From positions 11,036,001 to 11,100,000 of the forward strand of contig OU015567.1 in the NCBI GenBank assembly GCA_907165135.1: 64,000 nt of DNA, given 5' to 3'. Below, piece after piece: positions 48,629-62,422 of this stretch (its first letter is position 1; each line of letters opens with the position of its first letter). Below the pieces are notes generated by a model, which saw only the letters and a program-made list of their open reading frames with translations, did no database searches and had not been told where the DNA came from. The stretch comes from Oikopleura dioica. Taxonomy: Eukaryota > Animalia > Chordata. Made by a program: the position numbers and the translations under genes.

Positions 48629-50767
48629 CTAGTTTTTCTTTGAAAAGAAGCTGGAAATCGATCTTGACTTGCAGTTTTTAGTCCTCTTAGTCGGTGTGCC
48701 AGCTTCAAAAGTGGAACTCAATTTTCGTTTGTTCCTTTTTGTCGGGGTCTCAGGTGCGGGAACATCCTCTTCTCGAATCATATGCAAGCCTCCGATGCCC
48801 TAGAAGATTTTAATATTTTCCGGTTTATTTGGAACTCTTACTGATCTGATCTCGCGCGTGGTCGATTCGACGGAGTTGCTCTTTCCCATGATTGGAGTTT
48901 CCTCGTCGCTACTTTCTTCCAGCTCGTCCAGGATGCTGGTATCTCGCTTCTTAGTCGGCGTTTTTACTGTATCCTGCTCCATCGCCTGCTCTTCCGGTTC
49001 TTCCACGAGCGTATCTTCACCATCACTTTCGATTGCCGGGCCACAGACGGAGCAAACATAATCATACTTTGCGTTGAAGTTCGGATCAGTAAGTCGTCGT
49101 CGATTCTCTTCATTGAATGTGGCGAGTAAGTCTTCATTGCAGGCGATGTGCACTCCGTTGCTTCCACAGTCATCACAGTTGATGACTTCTTCCTCAGTTC
49201 CGTCGAAGCCTTCGTCTTTCTTCAACTTGCATTTATTCTTTTTTTCGTCCTTATTGTACAAGCTGCACAACTTGGTCTTGTTTCCTTCGTACTGGTCGTC
49301 GAATCCCATGTCGAGTTCGGACAAAGGAAGTCTGTTGGGAATCCACACTCCTTGGGCGATGCAGGACTTTACGAATAGCTGGTCCTGAGTTTCTTAATTC
49401 ACGTTATCAAACTATTTTCTTTAGAAAGAGCTTTAGTAAAGCCTTTACCTTGACATAGAGGGCATCGAAAGTGGCAGAGACCCTGGGTCACTCCAGCTTT
49501 GGTGAGACAGTGTCGATGGAAATTGGCGAATTTGCAGCACTTGGCGACGACCAAATCCTTCAAATCGCTGAAATACTCGCCGCAGCAGTTGCAGGTAAAG
49601 AGTCGCTCGTCTCGCTTCTTCATGGCGAAATAACTCTGGAATTCATCGTCGAGTGCGAGCATTTTCTTTTGTGCATTGATCTTCTTCTGCTCGTCTGTCA
49701 TATTGGACAGATCATGAAGATTCTTCCATTTGATTTCAAAGCCCGTCTCGATCACCTTTCTCTGCTTGATGAAATCTTCGACGAGCAGGACGTAACCCTT
49801 CTCAGAAAAATCTTGCTCTCGGAATCCGCTCTTAGTGTTCGTCGATAATCGCTTGTACATCGGCGCGTGGTAGTCAAGTCGCAGCTCTAAGTTGCGAATT
49901 AGAATCAGTTTCAGTGATAAAAGTAGCTCACCATAATCATTCTCTTTGTTCACCTTCAGTTCGACATCCAAGCAATATTTTCCCTGACCACGAGCATGCG
50001 GATATCTGTATTTTCTCGTCGCGTGCCTCCAGCAGTACGATGAATTGGACTGATTATCGAGCACACTTACCAGCCCAAATTTTTGAGCACACGGGTAATG
50101 GTACTGAAAATAAATTGATCTCAACTTTAGTTAAGAAAACTTACAGTAAGACGGCAGGTCTTATGAGCGCAACCGACGTTAGCAGTTCCTTTTTTGCAGA
50201 TGAAGCACTTGTGGATTCTCGCACGACCGAGTTCTTTGAGGACGTCTTCGCGAAGGATACCGGACCCGCCAATTGTCTGGTGATGGAGATCTTTTGGAAG
50301 AGCTTTTTCGTCGTCTTCCGGATCTCGGATGTACAGATTCGGCGAAAATAATAAGCATGCCTCATGGCAGCTTATATCTGAAAGCGATTTTGAAACAGGG
50401 AATGAAAGGATAAAGCTCACCTTTGTCATCCAACTGGGAGAACTCGTCCTTGAACCAGTTGCCGTAGTACGCCTGAAACTCGACCGGAGCATAATGTGGT
50501 CGAGCGAACTTCGGATCAGTCTCGAGCTTTTCCTTCGCTACTTCGTCATTTCTGGCCACTATGGACAGTGTTTTCTTTTCCTGCCAAGTGTCCACATTCA
50601 TCGGTATCTCGTCATCTCTGAAAGCGAACGATACCTCTGAATTTTATCAAAAAGCCTTACCTCAAACCGGGCTGCTTGCAGAAACAGCAAGTTGGTTTGT
50701 TCTCTGGATTCTCTGGGACCTTTACTAGCGGAGGTCCATCCTTTTTTGATCGTGCAGCCTTGACCAT
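48629..50767 (-). CDS. PHF7/G2E3-like ePHD-RING-PHD protein
   Basis: CCFCK...HEACLLFS...CFICKKGTANVGCAHKTCRLTYHYPCA (ePHD); CNCC...KCCKFANFHRHCL...FRCPLC (RING); WIPNRLPLSE; CDDCGSNGVHIAC (PHD). Confidence 0.8.
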
Positions 50768-52153
50768 TTTCGCCTTAGAAAAGAAAAAAACTGCAAAACG
50801 GTTGTTTTCTCTTGTTGATTTCAAATCGGACGTCTGCGGGGATTTTCCTTCTTTACGTCCGCTCGACTTTCCTTCTTTCCGCGAATTTTGATTGGCTGGC
50901 GCGGAAGGTGCTTTTCGTCAGCTGTCAAAGAAACGCGAAATCGCGGATTCTCTAGATGCTGAGAAACGCAAAGTCTTTCCCACCTTATTTCTCACCCTCT
51001 AGAAAAATGAAAATAAATGCAGAAATAATGCAGGATTGCTGTTTTGATGATGCAAGTAAAAAATGATTACGTCATGCGAACTCAATTGGCCCAGTCAGTG
51101 GGAGTGGCGGACAATTCAAAAGGTTCAACGAAATATAGGGTTGATCCTCGTTTTTTCGTCATTCGTGTTTTTGAGCTCGAAATGACGAAATTAATTCAAC
51201 TGAGAAAGAGAAGCACTAGAATAATGCGGTTCGGGCCGGTCTTCAGCGGCTGCCGATTTTAGATCTCCAGAATCTGGAGTCCAGATGTAAATCAGTGAAA
51301 AGGAGGGAGTTGTTTCCCGCTTTCCAAAACTTATTTATTTTCTATTTTGAGAAATCAAAAGAGAACTGTTGTCTTGAGAGCTGTGGCTTGGGATCATAAG
51401 AGCTTTTTCATGTGATAATTCCGCCCCAGCATTTTCCGAAACGAGTCTGATTTAACGATCACATTAATTCTTTGTGACCCCTAAAAGTTTATCAGAAGCA
51501 AATCACGAATTTTTCTTTTTTTTCAATAGCGTCCATTTCAAATTCAAAAAGAGACTTTCATTTTATTTTCCAGGTATTTATATTTCGACCATTCAACTAT
51601 TTAGCACTCAAAATAGCCTTTGTGACATATAATTTCGTTGATTTTCGTGTTTTTTCATCGCTATAAAAAGGGAAATTTGCAGAATACACTTTTACTATTT
51701 TCTTTCAGATTGAGTCACTTTTTCCGCATGCGGGTAAACAACGAAACTCATCTTTGCCGACCTTAGGCCTCTCCAAATATTAAATCACATGGTTGACTTT
51801 CCATTTTGCTCAGATCGACCTCGCCCAAATTTGGAAATTTCTTTGATTTCAAAGAGAGATAGAATAGACAAAAAAGTAACGGTTATCTTTTGTTCAGACA
51901 AAAAGAGAACGGGTGGTCGATTTTCGACGACACAAAAAACGCGAAAAAGGAAGAACTTCATAACAACGGCGTTTTCAGGCGACAAACTGGAGTCGAAAAG
52001 CAGACCCAAGTTGTTAAAACAATTTTCGATATGCGTCTCAATATTATAACTAATAAATGGTAAGGCAGAGAGAAAGCAAGAGACATGCCGTAACTAACAA
52101 ATTCTAGCTCCCTTCGTCAACTGTCGAGCGCTCAAGCTCGTCTCGCCTCCGCG

Positions 52154-54203
52154 ATGGCCAAGGGAGACTTGCTGACCAAGAACGTCGACAAATATTCTAA
52201 ATACTCGCCCAGTCCGCTTTCCGTCCAACAATTCCTGGACTTCGGTATGTTCACCCTTTTCACCTTTTTATGGCTCGTAAAAATGGGCCGATTTAGAAAA
52301 CCAGAATCTGACCGCACTCAGAATTGTCTAATGAGTCCGTAATAACGATGAAAATAAACTGGGTGTGGCTAGTATTATCGTTACGCAACGAATCGTTAAC
52401 TGAAATTTATTGACCACGGGTTGAAGGATGTATCACCCGATAAATAGCGGATTCCAATATTTGAAAATTTTTCAATTAAATTCTAAGGTGCTACCTCTGA
52501 CAACGAGCAAAAATCCTTCGAATACCTACGCTATGAACTGCCAACTCGCCTTGCTAACATGATCAAGGTAAAAATCCTTCAATCGTCTTCATTATTAAAA
52601 CGGGCTCTAGGAAATGAACCGCCTCCCCAAGGAACTTTTGACGACCCCAAGTTTTGAAAATGTGAAGCAGATGTATGAAGAAACGCTGGGAGAAGTCCTC
52701 ATCTTTGAAAAATCAGACGCTAACGATGAGCAAGTCCGAGAGGATTTTCTCAATTCGCTTCACGGAATTGTCAATCGACATCGGTAAAGCAGCTCTTTTC
52801 TCGAGTTTTCTAAGAACATTCGTGTAGGTCCGTGGTTGAACAGGTTGCGTATTCCGTGATGGAGTACAAGGCTAGCGTTCAAAACACTGGAAACCGAAGC
52901 ATCGATGAAGAGAAGATGCAATACTTTCTCGATCGATTCTACATGTCTCGAATTGCCATCCGAGTACTCATCAACCAACACGGTTCGCCCCTCCTTTCTA
53001 CTTTGAAAATAATCGAGATATTAAGTTGGAATGTTCGGGTCGCATGTCCAAGACCGCTCCCAGCACGCGTTGATCGGCGCTTTTGATGCAAAATGTGACA
53101 TCAGAAAAGTCGTAGAAGACGCTGCCCACGCTGCCCAGCACCTCTGTGAGAAATACTATCTCGGTGCTCCGGAGGTTGAAATCGAGCTTGTCAACGGTAA
53201 GTCCTACATTTTTAAAAGCTCTTTTCAATCTATACTTTTTAGATTTAGAAAAAGGTATAAAACTTTAAACTATTTTGATCCAAGCACAAATCTTTAATTC
53301 CCGATTCACCTCATGATTAAATTTCATTCCAAATTTTTCGTTTCGTCAACAGAAATTCTAATCGAAATTTCAGACCGGAACTACATCGAAATGGGCTACG
53401 TTCCCTCGCATCTTCACCACATTTGCTTCGAGCTCTTCAAGAACTCGATGCGAGCGATGGTCGAGGAGCACGGTACCTTTGACATTCCTCCCGTCAAGGT
53501 TCTCTTGACCAAGGGCAGAGACAATGTCTGCATCAAAATTTCTGATCTCGGTGGTGGTGCTTGCTTGGAAGAGTGCCGCCGATGGACGCATTACATGTAC
53601 AGTACCGCGCCGCCGCCACCAAAGTCCGAAGACGGACAAAACATCGCCCCACTTGCTGGTTACGGTTACGGTATTCCGCTGTCGCGACTCTACGCCAGAT
53701 ATCTCGGAGGCGATCTGATGCTTCAGTCAGTCGAAGGATACGGAACTGATGCTTACATTTATCTGAAGTCTGGCAATGCTGATGCTGTTGAGGTTAGACT
53801 TTATGTATTGAAATCGTAGAACGAGAGTTAGCATCCTATTTTATTGAAGGGTAAATATACTATATTTTGAACTTATTAAAAATTTTGATACTTAGAAGTA
53901 ATTGCTTGATCGCTTTGACTTTTTCATGTTACAGGAAGTGGACTTTCAGAAAGGTTTTCGACATAAATATCCTATCTTAATTTCATTGATTTCAAAAATC
54001 AATAACCGAAGTTATCATCTCCTACTGTGCCTGGAAATCTTTTTCAACAGAATTCTCAGGTCCTCCCGATCTTCACTAACCAGCTGTCGGACCACTACCG
54101 AAACAAGCAGCAAATGAAGGACTGGGTCTCCAAACAAGGCCCAATCTCCACTTCCCAGCTGAACATGTCGATGCAAAGTCATACCACCAAGCGTCGATAC
54201 TAG
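52154..54203 (+). CDS. PDK: Pyruvate dehydrogenase kinase, mitochondrial
   Basis: SPSPLSVQQFLDFG, ELPTRLANM, FLDRFYMSRIAIR, FELFKNSMRA, ISDLGGG, PLAGYGYGIPLSRLYARYLGGDL. Confidence 0.97.
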
Positions 54204-54546
54204 ACCAAGTTTCCAAGTGCAAAAGAATAGAATATCTGTAGTTTGACTACCCGCAATCTCTTCCATAAATCCTATTCATTCAATCCTGTTCAACATTTGT
54301 TTTATGTTTTGATAATTATCCAAGTTCACTTTATCTGTTTATTCCTACGGCCTGTTTGACGTTTTTGTGAAAACAACGAAGAGATTCTTTTGAAAACGAT
54401 TTTGTCTGTCGAACTGCTTCACAATTCAATAAATATTCGATAAAAATCAGCTGTTGAATGTTTATAAATATACATACAGAAGGTGCAGATACAGTAACTT
54501 GGCAAAAGGGAGGAGCTTGATTATGTAACAGTAATGATTTTTAGTT

Positions 54547-55248
54547 TTATTTGAAGTAATCAGCTTCGGTAACCGGGCGGACTTCTCTTCTTTTGATGAA
54601 GAAATTCTTATGAGCAGCGTATCCAGTAAATGCTAGAAATAGACACGTTATGTAAGGAGACTCGAGTTGTTTTTTGCGCATGTTATTCATTTACGCAAAT
54701 GTTACCTAAAAGGAAGAACACGGCAAAAATGCCGAGGACGACTTTGACTCGCATTTTTCTTCGATCCTGAGCGGGGTTGATTTCTTTCGTGAACTTCATT
54801 GTACTGTTTGTGAAGTCGCAGTCAAGACAACACATTCTCATTTCAATGTGATTCGTTGACTGAACAGTTTCATGAAAAAAAGTAAATGAGATGGGAACAT
54901 ACGGTAAAGTGGGGTTGGCATTGGCCGAGACGCTTGCCGCATATTTCGATGATCTTTTCGTTGTTGTCTGGTTCGCTTCCGAGAGTGACCTGGATTCCTT
55001 CCATTGTTCGGCACTCTGTGTCGAAATGCTCATCACTATCATTAAGAATAAAGTGTTTTCTCAAGAATAATTGGGAACTACTAAACGGCCTAATCGCCTT
55101 ACCTGCATCCCATTTTGTCCCATTTCATTGCAGCCTGTCCGCGCACACAATCTTCCTCCTGATCGCTGACGCAGAAAAAACATTGCTCCGGCGGTTTATA
55201 AGCGCTTCTCACCAAACAAACCCAATTCAAAATCAATAACCATCTCAT
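54547..55248 (-). CDS. Small type-I membrane protein with a Cys-containing, partly CUB-like ectodomain
   Basis: Signal peptide MRWLLILNWVCLVRSA; IIEICGKRLGQCQPHFTSTNHIEMRM; TM helix VVLGIFAVFFLLAFTGYAA; short basic tail. Four exons joined by GT-AG introns. Confidence 0.68.
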
Positions 55249-55605
55249 TTTTCAAAAATTTCAGTTCCTCCCTTTTTTCAGTGTTTTCGTGAACCCGCCC
55301 GAGGTTGTTCGAGCACCTCCACCACCAAGAAACGAATGACTCATAGAGAAAATGGACGTTTTGAATATTGCAGCATCTTTTGACGAAAATAACGCCTCGG
55401 GCAATGTGACCAAAACGTTCTTTTTTCCGTTTTTGTTGAATTTTCGAGAACGAGAAATTGCGTCACGCTCATTGGACAACAAGTGACACGAATTGTTATT
55501 GGCCTCGTCAGTTTATCACTAAAAGGGGCGTGTGTTATCACTTTATTCTAGATTTTTGAAGTTTTTGAAAGGAGCCAAATTTCAATAAACAGTGAGAAGA
55601 AGGTT

Positions 55606-56996
55606 ATGGTTCTCGCTAGAATAGCACAGAGATCAGCGCAGACCACCTGTACTAGGGCTGCCAGCAAAAAATGGGGAAAGTTCAACTGGGAAGACCCCTT
55701 CGATTTAGGTTAATTCATTCGTTATTTTTCTTTGCTAAAACTGTCTTTTCCTTCAGAGTCTCGGCTCAGCGAAGATGAAAAAATGTTCCGCGACTCCTTC
55801 AAGCGATATTGCGATGAGAAACTCATGACCCGAATCGTCCAGGACAACAGAAACAACAACTTCGATCGGGATATCATGTACGAACTCGGCGAGCTTGGCG
55901 CTCTTGGCCCTACTTGTCCCGCAGAATACGGCTGCGCTGAGGTCAACTACGTCACTTATGGACTTCTTGCTCGGGAGATTGAGCGAGTCGACTCTGCTTA
56001 CAGGTAGCCATAAACTATCCAAGAGCGAATCGTTAACACCATCAGATCCGCCCTTTCTGTCCAGTCTTCCTTGGTGATGTGGCCCATCTGCGCCTACGGA
56101 ACAGAAGAGCAAAAGCGAAAATACGTCCCCGACCTGGCAAGTGGCGCGAAAGTCGGTTGCTTCGGTCTCACGGAGCCGAACCACGGCTCGAACCCCAACG
56201 GCATGGAAACTATTGCCAAGTACGACAAGGCTACGGATACTTACATTCTCAACGGTGGCAAGACCTGGATCACTAACAGCCCAATCGCTGATACACTCGT
56301 CGTTTGGGCTCGATCCGAAGCTCACGACATGAAAATCAAAGGTTTCATCCTAGAGCGACAATGGGAAGGAATCGAAACTCCAACCATTCCTGGCAAGTAC
56401 TCCCTCCGAGCTTCGGAGACTGGCTCCATCTTCATGGACAATGTCAAGGTCCCCGGAGAGAACTGTTTGCCACATGTCGAAGGATTGAGCGGTCCATTTG
56501 GATGCTTGAATAATGCCCGATATGGAATCGGATGGGGTGCAATGGGAGCTGCTGAAGCTTGCTTTCATGCTGCTAGAAACTACACTCTTGAGGTAAAATT
56601 CTCTCTTTTTCCTTCCTGTCATATTTTCAGCGAATTCAATTCGGAAAGCCCCTTGCTCGACAACAGCTGATGCAGTACAAAATGGGCGATATGCTCTCCG
56701 AAATCGCTTACGGCCTCGAAGCTGCCTTGACCCTCGGCCGCCGAATGGACGCTGGTACTGCCTCGTCATCTGAAATTTCGATTCTGAAGAGAAAGAACTG
56801 TCAGACCGCGCTCGACATCTCCAGGACAGCTCGAGATATGCTTGGCGGCAACGGTGTTCAAGACGAGTATCATATTGTGCGACACATGGTCAACTTGGAA
56901 GCAGTTAACACGTACGAGGGCACGCACGACATCCACACGCTGATCCTTGGCCGAGAAATTACTGGAATGCAGGCCTTTGTAAACAAAGACAACTAA
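55606..56996 (+). CDS. GCDH: Glutaryl-CoA dehydrogenase
   Basis: [64 protein letters not shown]. Confidence 0.97.
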
Positions 56997-57156
56997 AAAG
57001 AAACCATTCTCATTTCTATCTTCCTAAGAAAGTAACATGTCGAAAACCTGTATCAATGCTTGAAACACAACCTGAAATTACCTTACAACTTCAACCAAAT
57101 AAATTATTTCAATGAAAAGCTCAAAATATAGCCGTCTCAGTTGTATCGCTTTTAGA

Positions 57157-58099
57157 ATGGAGGTTGACACTCAACCACAGATTACAAAAGCAGAGAAAAA
57201 ATCGTCTGAAAGACAAAAGGTTGTTTTCAACTCGTTGATCTTAGTAGATGAAGTCTAATTTAGAAACTTCTTGCTCTCAACGCAGAGGATCAAGGAGAAT
57301 ATGCTAAGAAAGTCAAGAAGTTACGAAAATCGGGCGTCAATAAACAGTAATCAACTGTTTCTCGAGTTCGATGAGAATACTTGTTTTAGGAAAAAGGTCG
57401 AACCAGGAGTTCTCTACGTCGGCCATCTACCAGCTCAATTCTCGGAGCCTTCCTTGAGAAAATACTTTGAGCAATTCGGACGTATCATTCGACTCAGACT
57501 TTCCAGATCGAAAAAAGTAAGGATCGAATTCTGAAATTCACGACTGATTTCGTTTAGACAGGGAAAAGCAAGGGTTACGCATTTTTGGAATACGATGATG
57601 CCAAAAATGCACGAATCGCCGCCAAGACCATGGACAAATACCTCTTTCATGAGCGACTCCTGGTCTGCAAGGTGATGGACAAGACGAAAATCCACGAGCA
57701 TTTGTGGAAAGGAGCAAATAAGAAGTTCCAGCCTGGCTTGTGCCACCGAGCCAATCGAGCGAGACTCTATGGAGAAAAGTCCGAAGCTCAGTTGAGTAAG
57801 TTTTTGAATCATCGTAAACTTGTTTACCTGTTTTGTCTCTAGAACGAGCGGCGAGACAGCGAAACAAAAAGGACGATGCGTTATTGGCAGCGTTGAAAGA
57901 AGTCGGCATCACAGATATCAAGCTCCCAACTGGCGAGCCAGAACCCGTCAAAGTGCCAGAGAGTCCAGTCAAGCCACCAAAGGATGAACCTGTTGTCGAA
58001 GCGACTCCAGTGAAGAGAGGAAGAAAGAAAGCACCAGCCGCGACGCCGAAGAGCACAAGAAAGACACGAAAGAGACAGTTCCCTGAAGCCAATCCCTGA
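57157..58099 (+). CDS. NIFK: Nucleolar RRM protein NIFK/Nop15-like
   Basis: [10 protein letters not shown]...[30 protein letters not shown]...[18 protein letters not shown]. Confidence 0.87.
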
Positions 58100-58183
58100 A
58101 AGAATGAGATATCGAACGTTATAGAATGAAAATTTGAAAACTACAACTCAAAAGATGATTCGAATAATGTTTATGAATTAAGA

Positions 58184-60229
58184 ATGCGAAGGAGATCGTA
58201 TAGCTCAGATCGAAATGGGTCTCAGAGCTCAGAAGATGGGTATCACTCGCGGCGAAAGAAAAGAAGAGTAAGTTGCTTGCGTAGCGGTTAGATTATAAAA
58301 TTTTTATCTTAGAGAAGTCGGACAGATTCACGAGAGCTTGATCTCAAACGAGAACGTGACTCGATAAAAAGGGACTATTCAATGGAATCGTTTTCTAGGC
58401 GAAGAAGGTCTTCCAGCGGACGGTAGGCTTTGTAAGTTTGACTGACTTGGAAGTTCTTGTTCAGGCGATTCAAGCGAGAGAAGCGCGATCGATCCGAGTG
58501 CCTTTCCGAGCGATCCCGTTCCCGCTCCCACCGGCGACGACGACGACACGGCTCTGAGGCTCCCACCAAAGTCGATCAAGGTTAGTTGGCAACGCTTCTT
58601 TACTTAGACACGCGAGATACTCATCCAAAAGAGTCATGCGTATCACTCCTTGGCGGAGTATCTCGCTGTGTTCTAAAGTAATCAACTACAACTCTTCACT
58701 CTAGACGGTCATTTAAAATTTAAACGCGGCGACGTCATTAATGATCGCTACCAGATCGACAAAACGCTCGGAGAAGGCACTTTTGGGAAAGTGGCAAAAT
58801 GCTTCGACAAAAAGCGTGGCCAGACTGTCGCCCTGAAAATTATTAAAAATATCGAAAGGTTTCCTACTAACCTAGCTCCTATTTCAACACTCTATTTCTG
58901 CGGCTCATTTGAAAGATTCTTACTCCATTTTCAAGATACCGGGACGCGGCCAAGTTAGAAATAAATGTTCTTGAGAAGCTCACAAGAAAAGATCCAAAGG
59001 GCAAATATCTCTGTGTCAGTCTCTTCGACCACTTCAACTATCGTGGACACGTTTGTTTGGCCTTCCCTGTACTGGGAGAAAGCACCTTTGATTTTCAGAA
59101 GAATAACAATTACAGGCCTTACAGTTTTGAGCACGTTAGGCATATGACCTATCAAGTAAGACTAAAATCGAAAGGACTTTTTCAATAATATATGTCAAGC
59201 TTTGCTGGGCCGTAAAATTCATGCACGACAACAGACTCACTCATACAGACTTGAAGCCCGAAAATATTCTTCTCGTTGATTCCTCTCATAAAGGTAAGTG
59301 AAGTAAGTCAAGCGGAAGAGCGCATCTTCCACCGACTCCGATTAACTGTTCCATTCTGACTTCATACTTGATAATGTTTTGCGTAGTCGAGTATTCCCAC
59401 CGAAAACGACGTGAGTACAGACGATTGAAGAATTCTGACATACGAGTCATCGACATGGGCTCAGCTACCTTTGATCATGAACATCACAGCGCCGTTGTTT
59501 CAACACGACACTATCGGTAAATTTGCTCTAGCTTCGGATGTCGTGTAAAGAAACTTGTTTAGCGCTCCTGAGGTAGTATTGGAACTAGGATGGGCGCAGA
59601 GCTGCGATGTCTGGAGCATTGGGTGCATTATTTTTGAGTTTTATATGGGAATCACGATGTTCCAGACGCACGACAATCTGGAACATCTCGCCATGATGGA
59701 AAGAATTCTCGGCCCTATTCCGAATCATATGATTGAGGTACGCTCAAATCATTAAAAGCGAAACATTAGATGGGCGCTTTAGAAAACGAAGAAGACGAAA
59801 TATTTCCGCAGGGGAAAACTCGACTGGGACTCAAAGTCGAGCAACGGAAAGTACGTGCGTGAAAACTGCAAGCCGCTTATTCGATACTGCCGTCGAAGAG
59901 ACGAGCCCGAACATGTCAAATTTTTTGATCTAATTGCCCAGGTAACCTTATTCTTCAATTAAACCTTTAGTAATGACGCTTTTAGATGCTCGAATATGAG
60001 CCGTCACGAAGAATAAACCTCGCAGAAGCACTCAAACATCCATTTTTCAACAATCTTCCTTCAGACAAACGACTTCCTAGCAAAACTAGAGAGGTAACTA
60101 GTTGATGGGCGTGGCGGAGTAATGAATCTCTGCAGTCATTGAAATATTTTGATTCGCAATTGAATTTTTCAATTTCAGGATTCGATAAGTTCAAGAAGAT
60201 CCAATAGTCGTCAAGAAAGTCGTCGATGA
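58184..60229 (+). CDS. CLK: CDC-like (LAMMER) dual-specificity kinase
   Basis: RS-rich N-terminus, [44 protein letters not shown]. Confidence 0.95.
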
Positions 60230-60392
60230 AGTACGCATCAAAAACAGCTTTTCCTTGTAAACTTATAGGAAACATATTTTGTGCAAGCATTTTTTTCAAC
60301 TGCCATTTATCCTCATGTAACTTTGCTCAAATCTAATTTTCGTTGCCTTCAGTTGTTATCACCTGATTTTGCCCGCTAAAATTGTTGAATGA

Positions 60393-62260
<1,868 letters not shown>

Positions 62261-62422
62261 ACAAGTCGCTAGAAACATTTCCTTCTTCAGTTTTTTATCA
62301 CCGCAAACGTATTCATGATTCATGTCCACTTTTGAAAACAGTTCCTGATTGAAATATTAGTTCAATAAATTTGCTCCAATAAAAATTGTCGTAACACGCA
62401 TCGTATTCAGCATTCATGTAAA

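Noticed and set aside
53902-54117. Possible alternative PDK C-terminal exon from the acceptor at ~53933
   Set aside because: The product has no PDK similarity, whereas the 54059 acceptor gives the conserved LPIF...HY...DW end.
58609-58635. ACTCATCCAAAAGAGTC resembles the start of the O. dioica spliced-leader RNA as I recall it
   Set aside because: It is only a short partial match, it lies within the CLK coding frame, and no donor or Sm site follows.
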